From NCBI GenBank assembly GCA_020052235.1, contig JAGVPM010000123.1, positions 1 to 61,035 on the forward strand: a stretch of 61,035 nucleotides of DNA, given 5' to 3'. Origin of the DNA: Candidatus Goldiibacteriota bacterium (GTDB taxonomy: Bacteria; Oederibacteriota; JAAXVQ01). This document shows, in pieces, positions 25,774-33,242 of this stretch. The translations under genes were made by a program, and so were the position numbers. The first letter of the stretch is position 1. The number at the start of each line of letters is the position of its first letter. The notes beneath the pieces were generated by a model, which searched no databases, was not told the origin of the DNA, and saw only the letters and a list, made by a program, of their open reading frames with translations.

Positions 25774-26753
25774 TACCCCCTGATTTCTGCCGGCCGCGCC
25801 TGGTTCGAAGTTTCGAGTGTCACGGCCGAAATTTGAATGGCAAGTTGTTTTTGCTGCATGCCCATGCGCGCGAAAAATTTCAAGCGGTCATTCACATAAA
25901 CTTCCACCGGGGCTTCGATGGAATGATTCAATTCCAGGCAATCACCAACTTGCAAATTAACCACATCCGACAACCGGACCGGTGTGTGCGCCAGCCGTAC
26001 TTGCAGGGTTACGGGCGCTTCCGCGACGGCCTTGCACACACCCCAACGGCTTGTGCTTTTGGGTTCTTCCAGCGGGATGTCCTTGGCGGGATCGTTTTCC
26101 TCCAACCAAGGTTTAATGACACTGTAGGGAAAAACAATGCCGACTTTTCCATGTACGGATTCCAAGTGCAGGGTAAATCCCGCGATCAATAAAATTTCAT
26201 GGCTGCAGGTTTCCATTAAAGCCTTTTTGCTTTCCAAAACTTGTCCGGCCTGCGCTTCGGCAAAGGCCGGCTGGCTCCACGCCCCCTGAATTTCCTGGAC
26301 AATCAGCTGCGTAACTCTTCCCAGCACATCTTTTTCAAAATCCGTCAATTCCGGTTCAATGAAAAGTTCTTCGCCCGTGCCGCCCAATAATTTCTCGAAA
26401 ATATAAAACGCCAAAGACCGCGACCACATGATGAAAAAGCGGCCTTCCCCGGGTTTGATGAGCCATTCACTGACCACCACATCCGCATCTTCGTCGCCTT
26501 CCACCACGAGATTTTCAGCTTGGATTTGTTCCAACCCCAGAAACGTAGTTTCTGCCTGGGTTTTTAAATACACACTGAAACGTTCCGCCAGGCGGGAAAC
26601 CACTTTGGAGTACAATCCACCCATGCGCACGCGCCGTGCCTGCGTCAGCTTCCGCGGACTGCGGAAATCATAACGCCGCAACCCCGGCGGCAATACCTCG
26701 GCGCCGGTTTCCGCTGGGCCATTCATGTTGTTTTCAGCCATAGCGTTCTTCAC
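25773..26753 (-). CDS. fliM: Flagellar C-ring protein FliM (no recognisable N-terminal CheY-binding peptide)
   Basis: YDFRSPRKL followed by a FliM middle domain and a C-terminal SpoA-like domain (VNLQVGDCLELNHSIEAPVEVYVNDRLKFFARMG). Start is the GTG at 26753 or the ATG at 26741. Confidence 0.9.
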   Translation of the reverse strand: MKNAMAENNMNGPAETGAEVLPPGLRRYDFRSPRKLTQARRVRMGGLYSKVVSRLAERFSVYLKTQAETTFLGLEQIQAENLVVEGDEDADVVVSEWLIKPGEGRFFIMWSRSLAFYIFEKLLGGTGEELFIEPELTDFEKDVLGRVTQLIVQEIQGAWSQPAFAEAQAGQVLESKKALMETCSHEILLIAGFTLHLESVHGKVGIVFPYSVIKPWLEENDPAKDIPLEEPKSTSRWGVCKAVAEAPVTLQVRLAHTPVRLSDVVNLQVGDCLELNHSIEAPVEVYVNDRLKFFARMGMQQKQLAIQISAVTLETSNQARPAEIRG

Positions 26754-26761
26754 CCCGGATT

Positions 26762-27343
26762 TTATTGCAACGTAAACGAAGTAAAATATACTGCGACATC
26801 ATCCAAACCCAGTTGTTCCTTCAAACGGGTTCTTAAAGTTTCCTTAAGTTCATTTTTCCCATTTAATGTGGAAAGGTCGTGAAATTTCCTGCTGGAAATG
26901 ATCGAAATAATGGTGTCGCGAATGACAGGTTCCTGCGGCTTTATCCGCCCCACCAGCGCCGGTTCGGCTTTTCCGCCTCCGTGACCGCCGCCATGACCAC
27001 CGCCGCTGGTTTTTTCCGCTTCTTCGCCGCTGCCCACCAAGCCTAAGTTGATGGTGGTCCGCAAATAATGGGTTTCTTCCGCATCCGCCAAATTCACTAA
27101 AAATTCCATCGGATCATAAAAAACCATCCCCGAAGCCTTGGCTTCTTTATTCTCGGCTCCCGGAGTCGGCGTCGGTTTGAGTGTATTCACATTTTGATTG
27201 ATCGATTTGATTGTAAACACGGAGGTTGCCACCGGGACCACCAAGGAAATTCCTAAAACAATAAAAAGTAATAATTTCAGCTGTTGGTCGCCGTTGCCCG
27301 GCAAAGTTTCAGAAGGATTTGTTTTTTTCTCGTTTTTATCCAT
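26762..27343 (-). CDS. fliL: Flagellar basal-body-associated protein FliL
   Basis: One TM helix, then FYDPMEFLVNLAD, HYLRTTINLGL, VIRDTIISIISS and VYFTSFTLQ. Start moved to the ATG at 27343 (GAGGGG RBS), because the sigma54 promoter lies inside the longer ORF. Confidence 0.9.
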   Translation of the reverse strand: MDKNEKKTNPSETLPGNGDQQLKLLLFIVLGISLVVPVATSVFTIKSINQNVNTLKPTPTPGAENKEAKASGMVFYDPMEFLVNLADAEETHYLRTTINLGLVGSGEEAEKTSGGGHGGGHGGGKAEPALVGRIKPQEPVIRDTIISIISSRKFHDLSTLNGKNELKETLRTRLKEQLGLDDVAVYFTSFTLQ

Positions 27344-27396
27344 GACACCCCTCGTCCCATAAATAGTAAACAGCACCATAAACTCATCGTACTTAA

Positions 27397-27413
27397 AGCA
27401 ACTTATATGCCAC
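27397..27413 (-). promoter_or_regulatory. Sigma54 (-24/-12) promoter of the fliL-flhA operon
   Basis: The minus strand reads GTGGCAT-ATAAG-TTGCT, with exact GG-N10-GC spacing, 52 nt upstream of the fliL ATG. Confidence 0.65.
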
Positions 27414-27530
27414 TTTTTATTTAACTGCCTAATTACCAACTAAGATGCGATCATTTTTATCCTTATTTTAAAAGGACTTTTAATTTTTCCATTTATGCGC
27501 ATTTTGTTTTTCGCGCACAGGCTGGGATCC

Positions 27531-27609
27531 GTTCCATAGTGAGGAATTCGTTCCATAGGTTTTTTGCCCGGACTATGGAATCAAATACCAAGTGCCGTGG
27601 AATCCATTA
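27531..27609. promoter_or_regulatory. Putative enhancer (UAS) with four TTCCATA-type half sites
   Basis: GTTCCATAG (27531), GTTCCATAG (27550), N14, CTATGGAAT (27573), then GTGGAATCCATT (27598). It lies 120-210 bp upstream of the -24/-12 element and has the same core as 39601-39636 and 57438-57478. Confidence 0.5.
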
Positions 27610-27626
27610 CCCAATATCATTATTTT

Positions 27627-27717
27627 CACCGCAGAGGCGCAAAGGACGCGGAGAAATTTAAAGAAAACAAAAATGTTTTTTTCGGGGGTTCTTTGCGGAC
27701 TCTGCGTCTCTGCGGTG
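27627..27717. repeat. Long imperfect hairpin made of two inverted CACCGCAGAG-type REP arms (probable 3' end structure of the motB transcript)
   Basis: The arms CACCGCAGAGGCGCAAAGGACGCGGA and TTTGCGGACTCTGCGTCTCTGCGGTG are separated by 39 nt. It starts 24 nt downstream of the motB stop. Confidence 0.55.
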
Positions 27718-27740
27718 AGTAGGTATTTGGACAGCAGTGA

Positions 27741-28559
27741 TTATTCTTGGAAGATGAAAACCCTTACCCGGTCATTATGCTCCAAGGGAGCGCCGCTGGT
27801 GTCGTCTTGGTTCAGAGGGCGGTATTCTCCGTATCCGGTGACGGAAATCCGCTTGGGGTCCAGTACCCCCGTGCTTAATAAAAATTTCACCACGGTCGTG
27901 GCGCGGGCCGTGGAAAGCTCCCAATTGTCGATAAAATTGGCTCCCGCAACTTTTCCGGCACTGGTGTGCCCCTCCACGGATATTTCATTGGGCACGCTGG
28001 TTAAAACGGAAATCGCGGCGCGCAGGACTTTTTTGGCTTCATCTGAAAGTTGGGCCGTGCCTTTGGGGAAAAAAATCAGATCACCGATCATCTCTATGGC
28101 CACGCCTTTGCTGGTGGGTATGACCTTGGCCACGCGCCCGGGAGAGACTTCATTGATTTTTTCCGAGAATTTTTTCGACAATGCGTTAATCCGCTGGTTC
28201 CGCTGTTCCTGCTGTTTGGTGCGTACGGCAGCGGCAACGGCCGCTGTTCTGGCGCGTTCTACCTTTGCCTCATCTTTTTTCTCCGGCAGCTGAATAACCA
28301 TGGGCGGTTCGGGAGCGATAGTGGGCTTGCTCCCCTTCTCGACAATCGAATCGCCGCTCATTTTATCCTGAACCGCAGGGCTGTTGAAGCCCGAGCGGAT
28401 TCCGATCGCGGCTTTTTTAAATTTTTCCAAATTAATGACGGACATGGAGTACATCATCATGAAAAACGCCACCAGCAAGGTAATCATGTCCGCATAGGTC
28501 AGCAGCCAGCGCTCGGCATTTTCTTCCTCGGCTTTTTTCTTTTTCTTGTGCCCGCTCAT
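27741..28559 (-). CDS. motB: Flagellar stator protein MotB (OmpA-like C-terminus)
   Basis: WLLTYADMITLLVAFFMMMYS carries the conserved Asp. The C-terminal OmpA-like domain has VEGHTS, NWELSTARATTV and VTGYGEYRP. Confidence 0.95.
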   Translation of the reverse strand: MSGHKKKKKAEEENAERWLLTYADMITLLVAFFMMMYSMSVINLEKFKKAAIGIRSGFNSPAVQDKMSGDSIVEKGSKPTIAPEPPMVIQLPEKKDEAKVERARTAAVAAAVRTKQQEQRNQRINALSKKFSEKINEVSPGRVAKVIPTSKGVAIEMIGDLIFFPKGTAQLSDEAKKVLRAAISVLTSVPNEISVEGHTSAGKVAGANFIDNWELSTARATTVVKFLLSTGVLDPKRISVTGYGEYRPLNQDDTSGAPLEHNDRVRVFIFQE

Positions 28560-29350
28560 TTTTGCCCGGCTCCTTTTAATTGATCCGCCACCCGGAGCCG
28601 GAGTTTGGGCGGTAAAAAGGCCAGCAACTTTTCTTCCAAAATCCGCGGATTATCCCCTGCTTGAATGGACAAGATTCCTTCTAAAATTATCCGCCGCAAT
28701 AAATTTTCCTCTTCTCCACTGCGCTGCAATTTATTGGCAATGGGGATATACAGCAAATTGGCTGTGCTCACCCCGTACAGCGTGGCAATAAACGCCGCGG
28801 AAATGGCCGGCCCCATGGTGTCCGGAGAGGAAATGTTGGCCAGCATGAATACCAGTCCCATGACCGTGCCGATAATTCCCAGCGTGGGAGAAAACCCCCC
28901 AAGGGTGGCGAATATTTTATGCCCGCGCTTATGGCGTTCCTCCAGCAGTTCCAAATCGGTCTCCAGGATGGCGCGCACTTGGTCCGCGTCCATGCCGTCC
29001 ACGACGATTTGAATGGCCTTTTTAAAAAAGTCATCTTCGATGGTTTCAATGACGCTTTCCAGGGACAACAAACCTTCCTTACGGACCGTGCGCGAGAGAT
29101 TGACCAGCATGGTGATGGTTTCGCCCACTTTGGCCGGCTTGCTGAAAAAAGCTTTTTTCAAGACACTGGGCAGCGCCAGGATATCTTCCAGGGAAGAGCC
29201 GATAAAGGTGGCTCCCAGGGTCCCGCCAATGACCAAAATAAACGCGCCCGGGTTCACCAAGGCGACAAAATTACCCCCGCCCTCCAGGACAACAATCGCC
29301 CCCAAGGCCGTCCATGCCAAGATCAATCCGCCAATCGTTGCCAGATCCAT
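28556..29350 (-). CDS. motA: Flagellar stator protein MotA
   Basis: Four TM helices. GIIGTVMGLVFML and AAFIATLYGVSTANLLYIPIANKL are MotA/ExbB-type. It overlaps motB by 4 nt. Confidence 0.95.
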   Translation of the reverse strand: MDLATIGGLILAWTALGAIVVLEGGGNFVALVNPGAFILVIGGTLGATFIGSSLEDILALPSVLKKAFFSKPAKVGETITMLVNLSRTVRKEGLLSLESVIETIEDDFFKKAIQIVVDGMDADQVRAILETDLELLEERHKRGHKIFATLGGFSPTLGIIGTVMGLVFMLANISSPDTMGPAISAAFIATLYGVSTANLLYIPIANKLQRSGEEENLLRRIILEGILSIQAGDNPRILEEKLLAFLPPKLRLRVADQLKGAGQK

Positions 29351-29380
29351 AACCCAAGTGCTCCTTACGCCAAGCGCCGG

Positions 29381-29602
29381 TTACCTTCGCCGTTGTACGC
29401 CCGGCCGTAATTTTGCCTTCTCACCCCGCAGGCTCGCCTGCCAGCGGATGATTTTTTCCAAAACCAGTTCCATTTTCTCCAGCACTACGACCTTGTTCCC
29501 GGAATTGAACGTGATGGTAGTATCGGGAACAGCTTCCACTGACTCGATCCAGTTTTCGTTCAAATACAACTTGCCGCCGTTAAGCTTGGTTAATTCAACC
29601 AT
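29381..29602 (-). CDS. flbD: Flagellar protein FlbD
   Basis: MVELTKLNGGKLYLNENWIESVEAVPDTTITFNSGNKVVV is typical FlbD. Start set to the ATG at 29602 after GGAGAGGGG. Confidence 0.85.
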   Translation of the reverse strand: MVELTKLNGGKLYLNENWIESVEAVPDTTITFNSGNKVVVLEKMELVLEKIIRWQASLRGEKAKLRPGVQRRR

Positions 29603-29631
29603 ATAACCGCCCCTCTCCACACCCGGTTAAT

Positions 29632-30855
29632 TTACCGTTTCAAATTCATAAGCTCCTGCAACATCTCGTCCGATGTGGTGATAACGCGCGAATTGGCCTG
29701 GAAGCCGCGCTGGGTAATAATCATATCGGAAAATTCCTGCGCCAGATTCACGTTGGACATTTCCAAGGCCCCGGCTGCAATGCTCCCGCGCGCGCCGGTG
29801 CTGGCCGTGCCGATTTGAGACACGCCGCTGTTGGCCGATTCCACCCACTGGTTTGATCCTTCTTTCATCAGGCCTCCGGGATTGGTGAAACGCGCCAGAG
29901 CCACCTGCCCCAAAGCCTGAACGATGCCGTTGTCGAACACGCCGTTGATCTGCCCGCTGTTGCTGATATTAAACGAGGTCAAGGTGCCGGGGGCATACCC
30001 ATCCTGGCCGAACAAGGTCACCGTGTTGGCATTGGCCAGTTGCGTTAGTTGCGCAAAATCCGGTGCCACGTTCAAAGGCGTGGCCGCGCCGTTGACCAGT
30101 GTAATGCTCAAGCTGCCCGTGGCCGCGGCCAGCGCCCCACTGGCATTAAAAGTCAGCTGCCCTTGATTCACCAAGCCCGCGGCTACAATTCCGGTTCCCG
30201 AAGCCAGCCAGTCCCAGTTGTTGGGGGCGGTTTTGGTGTAGGTAATGGTCACGCTGTGTGATTCCCCCAGGGAATCGTAGACGAGAAAGTTGTTATTGTA
30301 CGTATCGCCCACGGCGGCCCGCTCGTCTAAATTACCCATGAGCGTGGCCGTGGTGGATGCGCGGGCATTCATGCGCGCGGCCACGGGAATGGTCAGGTCC
30401 CCGATCGGCTGCGTTGTGTCCACCACGCCGTTGACCGCGGTCCAGCCCTGTACCCGCAACCCAGTAGCCGGTTCCACCAGCATGCCAACGTTATCCAGCC
30501 CGAAACTGCCGTCGCGCGAGAAAAGCTGCCGCCCATTTTGGTTCAAAACGAAAAATCCATCGCCCTGAATACCCAGATCCGTCATAACTCCGGTGGATTG
30601 CAATGCGCCCTGCGTGTGCAAGTTGTCAATGGTGGCCAACTGCACGCCCAAACCGACTTGCCGCGCATTCGTGCCGCCCATGGTTCCCTGGCTTGAGCTG
30701 GCGCCTGATAAGGTTTGTGTCATCATGTCCTGAAAAATAGCGCGGCCGGTTTTATACCCGGTAGTATTGACATTAGCGATATTGTTGCCGATCACGTCCA
30801 GCTTGGTTTGATGATTGGTTAAACCCGAAATCCCCGTAAATAGTGAACGCAGCAT
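29632..30855 (-). CDS. flgE: Flagellar hook protein FlgE
   Basis: N-terminus is LFTGISGLTNHQTKLDVIGNNIANVNTTGYK. C-terminus is ALEMSNVNLAQEFSDMIITQRGFQANSRVITTSDEMLQEL. Confidence 0.95.
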   Translation of the reverse strand: MLRSLFTGISGLTNHQTKLDVIGNNIANVNTTGYKTGRAIFQDMMTQTLSGASSSQGTMGGTNARQVGLGVQLATIDNLHTQGALQSTGVMTDLGIQGDGFFVLNQNGRQLFSRDGSFGLDNVGMLVEPATGLRVQGWTAVNGVVDTTQPIGDLTIPVAARMNARASTTATLMGNLDERAAVGDTYNNNFLVYDSLGESHSVTITYTKTAPNNWDWLASGTGIVAAGLVNQGQLTFNASGALAAATGSLSITLVNGAATPLNVAPDFAQLTQLANANTVTLFGQDGYAPGTLTSFNISNSGQINGVFDNGIVQALGQVALARFTNPGGLMKEGSNQWVESANSGVSQIGTASTGARGSIAAGALEMSNVNLAQEFSDMIITQRGFQANSRVITTSDEMLQELMNLKR

Positions 30856-30874
30856 AATTAAGCCTCCCTCGTCT

Positions 30875-31213
30875 TTACTTGATGAATAATATTTCCGACA
30901 GCTTTACTTTCTGACTATTCACATACACCGCAGGTTCCGATCCCGAAACATCCACGGATTCAACGATGCCCGCAAAAACCGTTTGGCTCGAACTTAAAAC
31001 CCCCGACACGGTCTTTCCGATCAACGCTGCCGCGCGCGATTTCTCAATGGACGTGTTGGTGTTTTGCGATGCCTCCAGCGCGGAAAACTGCGCCAACTGC
31101 GCCACAAAGGCCGTGTTGTCCGTCGGGCTCATCGGGTTCTGATTTCTCAATTGCGTTGCCAGCAAGTTCAAAAAATCCATTTTCCCCAAACTGTTCACTG
31201 CATCCACCGGCAT
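30875..31213 (-). CDS. flgD: Hook-capping protein FlgD (short form)
   Basis: [37 protein letters not shown]. Located between fliK and flgE. Confidence 0.85.
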   Translation of the reverse strand: MPVDAVNSLGKMDFLNLLATQLRNQNPMSPTDNTAFVAQLAQFSALEASQNTNTSIEKSRAAALIGKTVSGVLSSSQTVFAGIVESVDVSGSEPAVYVNSQKVKLSEILFIK

Positions 31214-31277
31214 ACTGTCCGCCTCCTTTATTATCGTCGCTCTTTTCCCCGCCTTAAGACGCTTTTTGCCTTGCCTG

Positions 31278-32756
31278 TCATACCATCATATCTACCTGGG
31301 AAAGTCCGCGCTTTCCCCATGCAAAAGCTTTTCTACGGATCGCTTCAATTTTCGTGATCCCTCCGTCAAACGCAGGTTTTTCCTGCCCGGCTGTGCGCTT
31401 TTCCTGCGCCTCTTGTTTCAATTGCTGCCTGATTTCCACGGACAAATTCCCCACGCGGATACCGGCTTCTTCAAGATTTTTACGCAAGTTGTCCGCCTGG
31501 TTCTGGAACATCTCGCCCACGCCCCGGTCCTGCACGGTTACCACCGCATTGACCTGCGAACCCTGATTTTCAACGCGCACCTGGACTCGGCCCAGCTCCG
31601 GAGGATTCAATTCCACGGTCAATGAATCCTGCCTCCCATGGAACGCAGGCATTGCCGATTGCACGAATGAATCCACAACCATTTTTTGCTGCAGGTCCGT
31701 CAAGCGCGACAGCACTTGCGCCGGATTGTTCATCGGGGCGTTCGCCGTTGTACGGATGGTGTTGGTTGAAGTGAAAACCCAGCGCTCGGTCCCCGGTTCG
31801 GTCCGGAGCTCCGTGTGCGGATTCATGGGCTCGCTGGTTTTCTCCTGCCGGGGCGCGGCTTGCGGTTCGGCAGGATCATGCCTGGTGCCGCTCGGCTGCC
31901 CGCCTAAATTCGAACCCGCGGTTTCCGTGGGCCGGACCATGGTTCCGGGGGTTAAATTCAACGGAAGCCAATTTTCATCCACTGCCGTGGCAGCAGGCGC
32001 AACGGTTGCGGCGTGGGCTGCGCCAATTGGCAAAGCTCCGGCCCCCGGCCGGGTTGGAAGAACCGGTTCTCCGGCATTGGCCGCATTGGTTGGCGCCTGC
32101 TGTGCGGGCATATCCTTCAACAAATCCTGCCAACCCTCTGGAAAACCCGCATCAAATACGCTGAAATCAATTTTATATTTTCCCACCGGCGCTGCCTGAT
32201 CGGTTTTTTCTCCTTCAGCAATTACCTCGGTGGTTGGCACAATTTCCACCTTTTTTTGAGCCTGGCCGCCGCCCCCGTCATTGCCGCCAGGCAACACAAA
32301 TCCGGGAATCCACGGCGCAACCGGCGCTCCAGTGGGCAACCCAATCTGAGCTTCGGTGGAAACTACTATGCCGGCCAATCCGGTTTGAACTCCGGCTAAA
32401 ACCGCTCCGCCGGTCAATTCGGTTTGAGTCCCCGTGGAAACCACCTTGGTATTTTCAGTCCCGAGGGCCCCAGCGCTTAATAGGGCTTTCAAGGCATCGG
32501 CCATCTCGGGATTGTCCAACATCCATTGCGGAAACGGCAGGCTTGGTTCAATCTGGTTTTCAACTGTGGCCGAATCCGCTCCGGAATTTTCACCCGTAAT
32601 TTTATCCTTCAGTCCCTGATCCAACATTTTAGCAAACCCCGGTTCGCGGGTTTTTAACCCCGCGCCGGCCAAAACACCTTCTGCCGGCGCGGCCGGAGCC
32701 TGGGCTGCGGCCATATTCATTGAAACCGGTTCGGGAAAAACAGCTGCACTGGACAT
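31278..32756 (-). CDS. fliK: Hook-length control protein FliK
   Basis: The N-terminal two thirds are Pro/Ala/Gly-rich. C-terminal Flg_hook domain is [27 protein letters not shown]. Located after fliJ. Confidence 0.85.
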   Translation of the reverse strand: MSSAAVFPEPVSMNMAAAQAPAAPAEGVLAGAGLKTREPGFAKMLDQGLKDKITGENSGADSATVENQIEPSLPFPQWMLDNPEMADALKALLSAGALGTENTKVVSTGTQTELTGGAVLAGVQTGLAGIVVSTEAQIGLPTGAPVAPWIPGFVLPGGNDGGGGQAQKKVEIVPTTEVIAEGEKTDQAAPVGKYKIDFSVFDAGFPEGWQDLLKDMPAQQAPTNAANAGEPVLPTRPGAGALPIGAAHAATVAPAATAVDENWLPLNLTPGTMVRPTETAGSNLGGQPSGTRHDPAEPQAAPRQEKTSEPMNPHTELRTEPGTERWVFTSTNTIRTTANAPMNNPAQVLSRLTDLQQKMVVDSFVQSAMPAFHGRQDSLTVELNPPELGRVQVRVENQGSQVNAVVTVQDRGVGEMFQNQADNLRKNLEEAGIRVGNLSVEIRQQLKQEAQEKRTAGQEKPAFDGGITKIEAIRRKAFAWGKRGLSQVDMMV

Positions 32757-32768
32757 AAATACTCCTTT

Positions 32769-33218
32769 CTATACTTCCGGGGTCAAAGAACGCCTCATCA
32801 TGGTTAGATCATCCATGCTTTTTACTTCCTGACGCTCGCTGGCTTTATGGTATTCGGCCCAGCGCCGTTCCCGGAGTTTTTCCAATACCTTAACGGTCTT
32901 GCGCGCCTGGATTAATGCATCCTGTTGGCGTTTGAGTTCCGTTTCCATGACTGTGATCCGTTCCTTGGTTTTTTGAATACGCTGTTCCAATGTGAGCAAA
33001 TATTGGCCATACGCCTGCTCCAAGCTCACATCCACGCAGCCGTTTTGCGCCTTCCGCGCTCCGGCTTCCGATTGGGTCATTTGCACGATCAGATCCTCCA
33101 ATTTGCGGTATTCCTCGGTCAGCCGGAGGCTTTGATCCGCATACTCCTGCTTTATCCGGTCTTCCGTGGTCTGGCGCATCTTAAGCACGGTCTGTAACCC
33201 AAATCTAAAACGCCGCAT
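32769..33218 (-). CDS. fliJ: Flagellar export chaperone/stalk protein FliJ
   Basis: 149-aa coiled-coil protein starting RFRFGLQTVLKMRQTTEDRIKQEY, immediately downstream of fliI. Confidence 0.8.
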   Translation of the reverse strand: MRRFRFGLQTVLKMRQTTEDRIKQEYADQSLRLTEEYRKLEDLIVQMTQSEAGARKAQNGCVDVSLEQAYGQYLLTLEQRIQKTKERITVMETELKRQQDALIQARKTVKVLEKLRERRWAEYHKASERQEVKSMDDLTMMRRSLTPEV

Positions 33219-33242
33219 AAACTATGCCTCCTGAAAAATCGC

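Noticed and set aside
27592-28293. 233-aa plus-strand ORF
   Set aside because: It is antisense to motB, whose product has clear MotB/OmpA motifs. Its N-terminus (..FTAEAQRTRRN..LCGLCVSAVS) is simply the translation of the REP hairpin arms.
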